From assembly GCA_030141605.1 (NCBI GenBank), contig JAQGDQ010001413.1:1-42113 (forward strand): DNA of 42,113 nt. The letters run 5' to 3'. Positions within the stretch are counted from its first letter, which is position 1, and each line of letters opens with the position of its first letter. The stretch comes from Tubiluchus corallicola. Its lineage: Eukaryota > Animalia > Priapulida. Below, one piece after another: positions 22,160 to 35,968 of this stretch. The position numbers and the translations under genes were made by a program. The notes under the pieces were generated by a model. That model made no database searches. It saw nothing but the letters and a program-made list of their open reading frames with translations, and was not told the origin of the DNA.

Positions 22160-22790
22160 TATGGAAAGTTTATTGGATATTAACATATCTTTTCTTCCTC
22201 TTTAACATCTTTGTGATTATTTTTTGTGCTTTATTGTTGTTATTATGCTATCTAAAAATTTTTCTTTTTGTGAAAATAGTTCGTAGTTCATGTGGGTGAT
22301 GAGTCACACTTGGTAACCTTCTTCTTGCTTTGCTTCACTGCTGGGAAGTAAAGTGTCAAGGTTTTAAGACCTCGAGAATGCTGTTTCAGTACTATATAGA
22401 TGAGATTAATAGCTGAGTGGTCACGGTGGTGCCTAAAGAGCAAAGTCAAAATAAGTCAGTCCTGGTCAGCAAGTAGATGGGTGATCAACTGGTAAATTGC
22501 TTTCGTCATGCTGTCGTGAAGCTCACGATTTCTTGATCTTATTTTTATTATTTATTAGTGTGTAATTATTATCAATAGTCATATGATTGCATTCTCTTGT
22601 TAAAATATTAAAAATCCCACAAAAGAAATTTCAGCTGTAAAATACGTTTATTTCTTTGTACACAGTCTAAACTTTCCTCCTTGAACTAGTATGCATAACA
22701 TTTACCTTCATTGAATTGCTGGCTTCCTTTTACTTCATGGAAAATTTTACCTGTGCATTTGGTTTTTACACATCACATTGTAAGCATGTG

Positions 22791-23177
<387 letters not shown>

Positions 23178-24197
23178 CAATGTATGGTATCACTACTGAT
23201 TTATACTTTACAGTTTACGAAACTCACCTGTATTCTATTTGATTTATCAGTGTCTTAGCAATTACCTTTATACCTTCTTCATACATGGTGTCTTCATATC
23301 CTTAAATGTGGAATCCTCTTATTGATCGTTATTAAAGTCTCGGTCCTGCCACAAGTTAGTTACACAACGAAAAAATGAATCACCATTTAGATGAATTTCA
23401 AGCCGTACATGAAATTATTAAGAATACTGAGATATTCCTCTTCTACTAGGGATTTTTTGCTACTCAGTAAATCAACAATTAACCTTGTCTCTTGTGATTC
23501 ATGTTGCACGGAGAAAGTTGAAAGATCAAGGTCGATAGTGTGCCAATGCCATAAGAAAATACAACGTCATTATTAATAATAGAAATCTGTCACAAGATAC
23601 AATTTCGTGCATCTCCACTACCTCTAATGCAGTAGTGCTGCCATTGATTCCTGACATATTATGATTGTTCCTCCCCGCGAAGGTTACCCGTATTGTTACT
23701 CAATTATTTATAACAGCAAATTTTCCTCTTGGTTAATCTAGGACCGCCACGGGCGATATTGTTCAATACAGGGTCGAGTGATCAACTTAAAATTTCATCA
23801 ACCTTAATTCTCTCTTCAAAATGAATTCTTCATCGCTTCGTAGGTCAATTTTCTCTAAATTTTCACTCCTCTCGTTCATTTTTCTAGACTCCCTAAGACA
23901 AAAACTAGCGAGATCAGCAGATTATCGAGCGACCAGTCGTGGATCCGCCCTCGGCGCGGAGTAATTCGCTTATGCCCTACATTATGTGAAGAGTCAATTT
24001 TCTCAGCGTTTAGCAACATGTGTTTTCCTTCTTTTAATCATATTTGCTGCGCTGTTATTGTGTTACGAAATTGTTTTGCTAAATATTATCTGTGAGAACA
24101 ATCAACACTCAACAAGGCAATTTCTTATGGACGAACATTAACAAGAGGACGGACACACGACACTAAGCAGGGCCCGGCCTTAGGTAATTGGAGGCCT

Positions 24198-24773
<576 letters not shown>

Positions 24774-24904
24774 CGGACACACAGCCCTAAGGAACATAGT
24801 TAAAAAAGTAACGTTCCAAAATTCAATTCAATTCAATTCAGTATAAAAAACTAATCGCATTTTTAGAAAAAAATTAGCAGCTTTTTTTGATGCGCAACTG
24901 TTGT

Positions 24905-25010
24905 TTCTATATTCAGTTTTTTTCACTTGGGCTTCTTATTTGTGGAACTCTTTGCCACAAAAATGCTTCCCAGTTGACCACAACCTTGTCTTCTTGAAAA
25001 AGAGCCTCAA
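24905..25010 (+). mobile_element. Short CR1-like LINE C-terminal remnant
   Basis: FFTWASYLWNSLPQKCFPVDHNLVFLKKSLN resembles the LWNSLP...FP...L..FK terminal motif. Confidence 0.55.
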
Positions 25011-25180
25011 TTTATACACTTTAAGCAGATAAGTCATAATAATTACATTTCTCTGGACTGGTATTAATATCTTAAGTAGCCAGTGGCATTTTTGGGAAAA
25101 TTTGTATATAAACTAGATTGGAAGCACTAATGTGCTTAGATCCGGCACCGAGATACTGTTTCCTGTATTTTTTGTGCACT

Positions 25181-25305
25181 AGACGGTTTAGTCTGGTGGT
25201 AACGTGTCCGCTTTCTGTCTGGGAGGTTCTGAGTTCAATACTGCGGCCGGGTGATACCCGAGAGGCTTTAAAAACGGTACTTGCTATTGCCCTGTTAGGC
25301 GCGTA
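25181..25305 (+). mobile_element. Degenerate tRNA-derived SINE head plus central domain
   Basis: A-box-like TAGTCTGGTGG and B-box-like GAGTTCAATAC, followed by GGGTGATACC...CTTTAAAAACGGTACTTGCT. From memory this resembles Meta/MESC-type SINE cores. Confidence 0.5.
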
Positions 25306-25842
25306 AACGGTGGGGTAATAATAATCTGTGTTACAATCGACCCAAAAGCTTTTTGGAACTTATGTTGATTGTTCATCCGAAGAGAAATTATAATCAGTTA
25401 TCCAATTTTATTTATCTACAATAGGCCTATTTGGAGTGTAGTGGGTGCATAGGCCCTTTTTTGGTTTTAATTTAGTTTTCAATTACTGCCACTATGCTGC
25501 CACCTGTTTACAGTAGTCACTCTTTTAAAATTGAAGCACCTAATATCCTTGAATACATTAGCATTTTGGCCTTTCGTGAGCTATAGCTTTAGTAGTTCTT
25601 CGACATTTTACCCGTCTTTTGGTTCTCTCTGGCATTGCTCTATTTTTCTGATTGTGATGAGCATTATGACTTTAAATTTCTTACGAATTTATTGTTGTGA
25701 CATCGTTGTTCTTAAGGCAACTTGGAGTTCTCATTCCTGTCTTTGTAACTGTTAAAGGCTCTAACAACAATAAAGACACTTTTGGTCAACACGTTAAACA
25801 GGTGTTTTGTATCCATTTCATGCAGAAATTGTCTACCGTGTG

Positions 25843-26289
<447 letters not shown>

Positions 26290-26592
26290 ATCGTGTGACA
26301 CATTGGTTTTCAATATTTGCAAATCTTTTGCTGGTAAAATCGCAGCTGTTTGAATCATTTTCAATCCCAAATTGGCAGCCATTCATTATTATTGTCAGGT
26401 GTTTAAATTCAAAAATCTAATTTTTCCCGAAAACTAAAACCATACAAAAAAACATGCTGTACTAAAAAAGCGAAGTAAGACACAGCAAAATAAAAAATTA
26501 CAAGATCAATTATAAATGCAGGGTTAGTAAATTAACCAGTAATTAAATTTTAGAAGCTAATTATATAATAATTCATTCCATTTAACAGAAGG

Positions 26593-26873
<281 letters not shown>

Positions 26874-27319
26874 ATTTCTGACGGAAACACGACATTCTTG
26901 TGTTCTTATTAATATTACTGCAGGATTATGTACATTATCTAACAATGTTTGTGTTTACTTTATGCACAAGGCACATTAGAGAGGTGCTGGCGATCTCTAT
27001 CCACGCGTTGTTATATGACATTTGGGAAGCCACACAGCTGTTTATGAAGCCAACACGTGTTTGTAGAATTACTCGCCTGGGAATTGTTAATTACAATTTT
27101 AAACTCATTAACAGGTAACTACAACCATAACCGGAAAGAAATGATTTTAGTTAACGCTCTACGAGGCACGCGAGACACATGACAGTCACGTGATTCTCAT
27201 CAGAGCAATGTCAGAGCATGAGAAAGTAATATTAAGGTATTCTGTTTTAATGAAATATTAGTATTATTATACTAATAAATACATTAATGTCCCGTACAAG
27301 CACCACATTTGAAAATTAC

Positions 27320-27885
27320 ATTTTCAAGTCCGATAAAAAGTATACAGTTTAACACAGTTAATACTGCAAAAGCGTTTCTGGTAAGTAAATAATAGATTAA
27401 AATCTTAACCCAAAATGGGGAGCCCAACTAGTGATAACATCACAAACTAACATAATTTTCAACATCAAAAATATTCCACGAGCGTGTTGCACGTGTTTGA
27501 AAAAGCGAAAATTGAAGTGCAGTTCTACTGTAAGAGATTCAGTGTGTTGTACTAAAACACGACAAGTTTTAAGATAAAAATTCAAATTTCCAATTTACCG
27601 CTGTGATCACGCATGAGCTGTCGAACGTGTGCAGTTCGTCACAAACTAACACATCTGAAATGAGCTGTTCAGCAAGTGTTTTTTGTGCAACACTTTCCTA
27701 TATGCAAGCGCTAGTGCCCGTCTAACCAGCGAATGGCGAAATGCACGTAATAGCGAAGAACTAGTGGCGCGAAAGCGAAATTGTATTTGTGTAGTAATAA
27801 TTATTTCACGTAAGTCATTTTTGGAAAAAAATAGTATGTTTCCTTTCAATATTTTAAAGGTTTGGTTGTTTCGACCTACAGTTTA
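27320..27885 (+). mobile_element. Kolobok-like family A copy
   Basis: Colinear with 4150-4680 (ORF 27646-27849 mirrors ORF 4401-4673). Confidence 0.8.
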
Positions 27886-27990
27886 AGATTAGGTCCTGTT
27901 TTGCTTTAAAAAATCATCACCCAGGCATTAAAATTGAGCATTGATCCAGTGTTTATTTCGCAGAAGTACGTTATATTATTGAACAACAAT

Positions 27991-28286
27991 TAACCAATCA
28001 GTACTGACATTTAAACACGTGGGCGTGGTTAAGCTGAAATTACTTTGACGTAGTCAAACAATTAAATCTTTTTTACACAATTCGGAAATTTCCGACACTT
28101 ATAATTTTGAATAGGTTTAGGGTTAGAGTTAGGGTGATTTCTTTTTTCTCTGCTTTTTTCTGACTTTTCCTGTGACTTTTCTACCTGCGATTTCTATCTG
28201 GATTCGTCAGTGAGTGTGAATACATCTTTGCTCAGATTCCAGGCTGTCACGAATCATTCGACGTTCGCTTCTCCATTGTTTGCAAG
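27991..28286 (+). promoter_or_regulatory. Candidate promoter and upstream exon of the membrane-protein gene
   Basis: CCAAT at 27994, CACGTG at 28016, GGGCGTGG at 28021; donor AAG|GTTAGT at 28286/7. The possible exon 28236-28286 is phase-0 compatible with the exon at 32284. Confidence 0.35.
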
Positions 28287-28720
28287 GTTAGTACACTCAA
28301 AACAGTTTTATCAACAGAGGTTTATTGGCAAACTTCTTCCAACCGTCTAACAGTCATGATTAACACTCAAGTAAACTGGAAAAGGTAATCATGGCTTCCT
28401 AGTTATGACTTATTTACTGACTCGGAAGGAAACGTTCATTTGCTAGTTCGTCTCATAACAGTGTATTGCTACCAGCGTTTCGTGGCAATGTTTCTTTCGA
28501 ACAGGCCAAACTACTGTTGTTTGTGCATCTGTTGTCATTGCAGTTAAACCACAAGAAAACAATCTTCTTAAATAGCAGTTTAAACACTTATCTTGAGATT
28601 TTATATCACTTACATGCTGCTTTATTGCGCACAGAGCTTCCATTAGTAGTAACGCTGCAAAAAATTTGTAAATATTTAAATTACTGTATTTTGTCAATAT
28701 GATTAAAAATACGTTTTCAA

Positions 28721-29358
28721 AGCACAAGAAAACCTTCCACTTACATAAAACTTAAAAAATTCGGGTTGAAATTTTATACCACTTACATACTGGTTTCTTG
28801 CATGCAGGGCTTGCGTCAGCATTAACGCTGTATAAAACGTGTAAATTTAAACTCCAGCGATGTCCGTTAGACGCAGCAATTTTAATGGTAGGTCATTTAA
28901 AAAAAGTTTAGATAACATTGTGTGTAGTTTGAAAAAATAATCAGAGCATTCGTAGCATACATGTTACTAAGTAAGATTGTAAATTACTGTATCTTGTCAA
29001 TAAGATTAAAAATACTTTTTTGGTCAGTGAGTGGCGACATTTTATCAATTGGCATCAGCATTTTAAATTGTTATTTCTAGTCACATAAGTTTTTCCAGCA
29101 GGTAAGCGAAATGCTAAGTAATATAGATTTGCATGGAAAGTTTTTTGGGACATAATTTAACATTGCCTTTTCTTCCCCTGATTTACGTTTGCGCAGTGTA
29201 ATGGCGACTGCGGAACAGCATTGCGGTAGATTTAAGATGGAAACAAACAAAAATTCTTTCAACGCGAGTACGATATACGCATAAAATTACTATAAAGTAA
29301 TATAATTTTTAGAGCGATTTTTCTGCAACCTACTTCAGATGCCCCTTTTCTTGTCCCT
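28721..29358 (-). mobile_element. Kolobok-like family B copy (partial copies flank it at 28545-28715 and 29375-29660)
   Basis: Reverse complement of 16253-16925; ends AGCACAAGAA...TTCTTGTCC. Confidence 0.78.
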
Positions 29359-29687
29359 TAGACTCATGCAATGCATTTAGGCGCAGCCATTTTAACTGGA
29401 AGTTGTTTGAAACAAGTTTAGATAGCATTAGGCAAAGTTTGAAAAATAATCAGAACATTTGTAGCGCTGTCTTCACTAACTAAGCAAAAATTTACTGTCG
29501 TACTGTCAATAAGATCAATAATGTGTTTATGGTTAGTCGGTGGTGCACATGGGGACGGCTATACAGCGTCGTTTTGTTGGCGTGGCGTGAACATTATAAA
29601 TTATTAAGAATTTTCTTTTCCATAAGCCTTTCAAACAGGTAAGCATAAAGCTAAGTAACATCGTAAGAAAAGTTCTCCGGGGTTATA

Positions 29688-32039
29688 TAGGTTTTACACG
29701 TCAAATGTAGACACAGGAAAGTTCAAATGTCACTTAGGTAAGTCAAATGTAGACATAGGAATTTCGAATGTGTTTTGGTAACTCAAGTGTGACTTAGGTA
29801 AGTCAAATGTAGACATGAGATTTCAAATGTGCCTTGGTAACTCAAATGTGACTTAGGTAAGTCAAATGTAGACAGGAATTTCGAATGTGTTTTGGTAACT
29901 CAAATGTGACTTAGGTAAGTCAAATGTAGACATAGAGATTTCAAATGTGTTTTGGTAACTCAAATGTGACTTAGGTAAGTCAAATGTAGACATAGGAATT
30001 TCGAATGTGTTTTGGTAACTCAAATGTGACTTAGGTAAGTCAAATGTAGACATGAGATTTCAAATGTGTCTTGGTAACTCAAATGTGATTTAGGTAAGTC
30101 AAAGGTAGATGCGGTACTTTCAATAAATCGGTAATTAACTCATTTAAGTGCAAATTACAAAAAGATAAAACCAAATTAAAATTATATTTTATGGACATGG
30201 TGCTATCGGCAGCATCAATTTTTATTATATTTAATTAATTTGCAACTATTTGTATGGACGTTAATACATTTTTCAAATGTAAAGAAAATGTTTATTTGAT
30301 AAGAACACTTAAAAGTGTTGTACATAGATAAGTTAACAATTATACAGTTATTAATATATGCACCAATTCTACATTTTATTTGTCAACGTTTTACAAAAAA
30401 TGTCGGCAGAAAAGAATAAATCGGTTCCCACTTCTCAATGAACAGTGAATCACTAATTAGTTTTTTAAGTAATGCATTAGCACTGCATTAATGAATTAGT
30501 TTCTCTCAAGAAACATTGTTTATTTTAGCAATGTATTGTTTTCTCTAACAGTTCCAATGGTATGTAAAGTTTGCAGAATATTAGTGAACCTATAACGTTG
30601 TTATTTTAACTTAAGAGCCATTATTAAATTGAAATTAAAAAAGATTAAATTTAACATCCTTAAACTTCCTAAGTCTACATTTGAGTTACCAAGACACATT
30701 TGAACTGCCTAAATCTACATTTGAGTTACCAAGACACATTTGAACTGCCTAAATCTACATTTGAGTTACCAAGACACATTTGAACTGCCTAAATCTACAT
30801 TTGAGTTACCAAGACACATTTGAACTGCCTAAATCTACATTTGAGTTACCAAGACACATTTGAACTACCTAAGTCTACATTTGAGTTACCAAGACACATT
30901 TGAACTGCCTAAATCTACATTTGAGTTACCAAGACACATTTGAACTGCCTAAATCTACATTTGAGTTACCAAGACACATTTGAACTGCCTAAATCTACAT
31001 TTGAGTTACCAAGACACATTTGAACTGCCTAAATCTACAGTTGAATTACTAAGACACATTTGAACTGCCTAAATCTACATTTGAGTTACCAAGACACATT
31101 TGAACTGCCTAAATCTACATTTGAGTTACCAAGACACATTTGAACTACCTAAGTCTACATTTGAGTTACCAAGACACATTTGAACTACCTAAATCTACAT
31201 TTGAGTTACCAAGACACATTTGAACTGCCTAAATCTACATTTGAGTTACCAAGACACATTTGAACTACCTAAGTCTACATTTGAGTTACCAAGGCACATT
31301 TGAACTGCCTAAATCTACATTTGAGTTACCAAGACACATTTGAACTACCTAAATCTACATTTGAGTTACCAAGACACATTTGAACTACCTAAATCTACAT
31401 TTGAGTTACCAAGACACATTTGAACTGCCTAAATCTACATTTGAGTTACCAAGACACATTTGAACTACCTAAATCTACATTTGAGTTACCAAGACACATT
31501 TGAACTACCTAAATCTACATTTGAGTTACCAAGACACATTTGAACTGCCTAAATCTACATTTGAGTTACCAAGACACATTTGAACTGCCTAAATCTACAT
31601 TTGAGTTACCAAGACACATTTGAACTACCTAAATCTACATTTGAGTTACCAAGACACATTAGAATCACCTAAATCTACATTTGAGTTACCAAGACACATT
31701 TGAACTGCCTAAATCTACATTTGAGTTACCAAGACACATTTGAACTGCCTAAATCTACATTTGAGTTACCAAGACACATTTGAACTGCCTAAATCTACAT
31801 TTGAGTTACCAAGACACATTTGAACTACCTAAATCTACATTTTAGTTACCAAGACACATTTGAACTACCTAAGTCTACATTTGAGTTACCAAGACACATT
31901 TGAACTACCTAAATCTACATTTGAGTTACCAAGACACATTAGAATCACCTAAGTCTACATTTGAGTTACCAAGACACATTTGAACTGCCTAAATCTACAT
32001 TTGAGTTAACGCAGGTCTACATTTGACATGTAAAACCTA
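29688..32039. mobile_element. TA-flanked TIR element with expanded, oppositely oriented subterminal tandem arrays
   Basis: TIR TAGGTTTTACACGTCAAATGTAGAC / GTCTACATTTGACATGTAAAACCTA. Left array has 60-bp units (3x20) at 29700-30110; unique core 30110-30665; right array has 40-bp units (2x20) at 30670-32010. Confidence 0.85.
30670..32010. repeat. 40-bp satellite, about 33 copies
   Basis: Unit TCTACATTTGAGTTACCAAGACACATTTGAACTGCCTAAA; no spacers. Confidence 0.98.
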
Positions 32040-32295
32040 TACTTTAAAATTTACTTTTCTTCCCATTTAAAAGATTTAGACTGTGAAGACTGTATGATAT
32101 GTACAGCAAACAGTGTTTCAAAGGAATGCAAAGAATGTTCGAATCCGCAAAACAATGCAGCCGCCATTTTCTTCACAGACGCTACATTAATCGAACTGAA
32201 TAAACCTCAAGTTCTTTAATGAACAATAGTATAACACCTAGGCCTCTTTACAGTGCAATGTTTAGTGGTTTTTCTTCGAGTAGGAGAGCTCTACA

Positions 32296-32410
32296 ATGAC
32301 ATGGTGGCCTAGCACATTTTGGTGGTTTGTTTGGACAAGTATTTTTGTGATGCATTGCGTCATCAGCGATTATTACACTCAATCATCAACAGGCTCTTCC
32401 TCAGAGAAAA
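32296..32410 (+). CDS. Coding exon 1 of a predicted single-pass membrane protein (signal peptide)
   Basis: Acceptor TTTTTCTTCGAGTAG|32284; MTWWPSTFWWFVWTSIFVMHCVISDYYTQSSTGSSSEK; donor AAA|GTAAGA, phase 1. Confidence 0.65.
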
Positions 32411-32971
32411 GTAAGAGTGCGCTTTTTGCTTGAATCACCATGCTAAGAAAGGTGACTGGTAAAAAAGACACAGGAAAAATGTCACAATTAATTTGTGGTG
32501 ACAGAAAAAAAAACACAATTTTTGCTAGGAAAGAAAGTCAGTTAATGAAACAATGAATCAGTCTGAATCTATTTTAAGTACCATAAATAATTTAAGTAAT
32601 AAAACAGAAAATTTATAGTTAATAAAACACCACAACTGTATTAAAGTTTTAATTTATATAGTTAAAAATCATGTCAAACGTAATAGTGTAGGCTCTGCCT
32701 ATACAAACTGGTTGTATGCTTGTAAAAATTTACCACTGATGATGACAGCAGTAGCTCTGTCAAAACGTTTGTAAAGTTTTAAATTAAAAATTTAAATAAA
32801 GTTGTGGTGTTTTAACTATATTTGTTTTAATTGCCAGTAATAGAACAAAACGCTATTTACATATGATGGCATCATGTGAATGTGAACGTTTAATTTGGTC
32901 ACTTCCTAGGGTTAGGGTTATTTCTTCTTTCCTGTGACTTTTTCTGTGATTTTGTTACATGGATTCGAAGA

Positions 32972-33295
32972 ATATAAGTTAATTTATTTCCACTCTGCAT
33001 CTAACAATTATAATAAAAACACAGATAATTTCACTGAAGTAAATATAAATATAAATGCAGTATTATCCAGAAATTACAAAATGCAGCATATACATGTGCA
33101 AATTACATTACAGAACAATTTTGATGCATACAGTTTGACCCTAAAAGCATAGCTTGACAAGCCAAACTGTACGTGGAAATCTTAAAGAAGTGATTAATAA
33201 TTGAAATAATAATAATATATACATAAAAGTGAGGGGGGGTAGTGAATGAAAGATTAAATGGAGCGAGAACTAAGAAAAACTGTGGTCATGATTAT
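32972..33295 (-). mobile_element. Retroposon 3' UTR, copy 2
   Basis: Reverse complement of 11455-11795 (ORF 32934-33152 mirrors ORF 11608-11820). Confidence 0.7.
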
Positions 33296-33854
33296 AAAGT
33301 GTTCAGTTACTTGTTGAGCATAGTCACGTTTTATTAAGATTGCTGTGGAAAAAAATGCAGGTGATTACTATTATCAGACGTGTTACTCTCAATACTTTTG
33401 AAATATTTCTTTTATGATGGTTTTTTTAAAAGTTGAAGGAGAGTGACTACATTGAAAGGGAGTGAATAGCAGCCAGATTTGGTATTAAACAATGACGATC
33501 TTTTTGCGTTTTTTTTTTGACTTTGGCACTTTTGCACAAAATGCCAAGTCAGAATTTAAAACTCAACCAATGTTGAGTGATTGTGGAATTTTCTGGCAGG
33601 ACCGGATACTATCTCGCTATCAAGACAATGCTCTGAGATGCAATGCTGAAATGGTAGAAACGACTTAACCACGTTTTGGCATTGCTTGATTAGTGGAGGA
33701 AACAAGTCACAGATAAAAAGAAACAACGCCAACGCGAACTTAATCCTGTCTCTAACCCCTAAGATATTGAGCAAAATGTGATTTTTTTCACATATATGTA
33801 ATGCCATCTAATGTAAATAGTGTTGTCCATATGTACAAGTCGTGCATCTCACTT

Positions 33855-34508
33855 AATCAAATGTAGAACAGCAGTCAAATGTGACTTGGTATCTCAAATG
33901 TGGAAGGTGGTAACGTTAAGGATGTTAATAATTGCTCTTAAGTTAAAATAACAACGTCATGAGTTCACTAATATTCTGCAAACTTTACATACCATTGGAA
34001 CTGTTAGAGAAAACAATACATTCTTAAAATAAACAATGTTTCTTGAGAGAAACTAATTCATTAATGCAGTGCTAATGCATTACTTAAAAAACTAATTAGT
34101 GATTCACTGTTCATTGGGAAGTGGGAACCAATTTATTCTTTTCTGCCGACATTTTTTGTAAAACGTTGACAAATAAAATGTAGAATTGGTGTATATATTA
34201 ATAATTGTATAATTGTTAACTTATTTATGTACAACACTTTTAAGTGTTCTTATCAAATAAACATTTTCTTTACATTTGAAAAATATATTAACGTCCATAC
34301 AAATAGTTGCAAATTAATTAAATATAATAAAAATTGATGCTGCCGATAGCACCATGACCATAAAATATAATTTTAATTTGGTTTTATCTTTTTGTAATTT
34401 GCACTTAAATGAGTTAATTACCGATTTATTCAAAGTACCGCATCTACATTTGACTTACCTAAGTCACATTTGAACTTTCCTATGTCTACATTTGACGTGT
34501 AAAACCTG
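33855..34508. mobile_element. Inverted short copy of the 29688-32039 element, arrays not expanded
   Basis: 33915-34445 is the near-identical reverse complement of 30110-30660; ends GTCTACATTTGACGTGTAAAACCTG|TA; only about 3 20-bp subunits per side. Confidence 0.85.
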
Positions 34509-34881
34509 TATAAAATATTTTCTGTATTATCACTGTAATGGTACTTAAATAAATCGCGACTGACTTGAATATTTTAGTTTGATTACCGGATTTTTTCAAA
34601 GACTTTTTTCCGGCCACCATAAATTAGTAGTGATTTTTTTCCTGTGCGTTTTTTCTAGCCCAAATTCTGTCTTTTTTCTGTGACCTTTTTCTTGTGTCCT
34701 TATTACTGGTCACCAGACACATTGCATTTGGCAGATCTCCAAATAGAGAGACAGACAAACAGACAGACAGACAGATAGATGAGTGGGCGAACGGATGAAC
34801 AGGCGAACACAAATACATGCATACGGACAGACAGACAGACGGGCAAACATAAAAAACGACTGATTTGCAACTTTTCTGCAG

Positions 34882-35041
34882 GCGATGCGTCCTCTAGTGG
34901 TCAAGATCCAAGCACCGAAGCCTCCAAAACGGAAACGGATTCACAAGTGCAAAAGAAGCCAAGTTTCTGGGCAACCAACGGCGCCATCGCTGTTGTAGCT
35001 GGAATGGCTTATGCAATCTGGACTGCAAGAAGATTTTTCAG
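34882..35041 (+). CDS. Coding exon 2: Ser/Thr-rich stalk plus transmembrane helix (reads through to a stop at 35060 if unspliced)
   Basis: Acceptor CTTTTCTGCAG|, phase 1; DASSSGQDPSTEASKTETDSQVQKKPSFWATNGAIAVVAGMAYAIWTARRFF; weak donor CAG|GTCCGC, phase 2. Confidence 0.7.
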
Positions 35042-35216
35042 GTCCGCAACTACACATTAAAGGAAAAGTCAACGCTCTTAGGAAATTAATTTTAATATTT
35101 CAGAAAAATGTTAGAAATTAGAAAGTTTCAGTAATAAAATGGTGATAAGCGCCTCATGTAATTAGTAAAATCAATTTAAAATTAATTTACTACAAGCTTC
35201 TGCGCTTCCCCTTTAA

Positions 35217-35676
35217 CCCTTTCATACCCGTTGTATCCCGTGGGATGCGAGAATATTTTCTGCCTTTAAAATTAATAAAATTTTAAAACTGACAGTTATT
35301 TGATTTGTTAATAGTTAATTTGATTTAAGCCAATAACAATGGACTAAAAATGGTGATAAAATGGCAAACTAGAAAATCTACATAACATAAAAAACTGTGT
35401 AAGGTACAGTACTTTAGAGACGACTTTGTACAGATCAGCATAGAGTGCATACTAAATGTCTTAAATACTTTAAAAAATTATCAGCAGTTGCAAAATGAAG
35501 CACATTTTATGCTTCCATTGAATCCCAATGTATCCCGTGGGATACAGGCTATATTTAGCACGAGGGCACAGGTAGAAAAAAGTTATTATTATGTGTAAAC
35601 AAGATGGATATACTGAACAAAAGTACCAAGCCAAAAAATTTTTTCTCATTAAAAAAATAATTTGGGACTGAAAGGG
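35217..35676. mobile_element. piggyBac-type MITE, copy 2 (inverted relative to copy 1)
   Basis: TTAA|CCCTTTCATACCCG...GGGACTGAAAGGG|TTAA. Confidence 0.92.
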
Positions 35677-35968
35677 TTAAACGAAAAATGACGTCATATT
35701 GTTACCGTGCAATATACACACTTATCCCGCCAGGTGCGTGAGCAAACGTTTTTTGCAGCTTCATTCACCATTGCCAATTACAAAAAATTCAAAGAATTAA
35801 ACTAGAGATTATTAATACTTTTTTACTTTTTGATGAACCCTGTTGCCCACAATGTAATGAAAACCAGTTACAGACAATAATATCATAACAGCCAACTCGA
35901 CTTGTTAACCCAAACAAAGTAACAGAATAATTATTTTAATAATCTAAAATTGAACTTTTTAAGCTAAA

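Larger units (their letters stand above)
20755..22200 (-). mobile_element. Kolobok-like family B copy hosting a minisatellite and a SINE3 insertion
   Basis: Begins TTAAAGGACAAGAAA and aligns by eye to 28780-29180; interrupted at 21047-21513 and 21622-22159. Confidence 0.7.

Noticed and set aside
22410-22500. Degenerate 5S-like segment (CCTGGTCAGCAAGTAGATGGGTGATC)
   Set aside because: Too diverged to support by eye; possibly an old SINE.
23232-23242. ATTCTATTTGA resembling a tunicate spliced leader
   Set aside because: Only 11 nt match, with no adjacent donor or Sm site.
23228-23892. Minus-strand exon candidates (ESRKMNERSENLEKIDLRSDEEFILKRELRLMKF*; MYEEGIKVIAKTLINQIEY)
   Set aside because: Plausible splice sites, but they cannot be joined into a coherent model.
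28117-28135. Telomeric TTAGGG (also near 32907)
   Set aside because: Only 2-3 imperfect units embedded in a degenerate MITE-like repeat; not a telomere.
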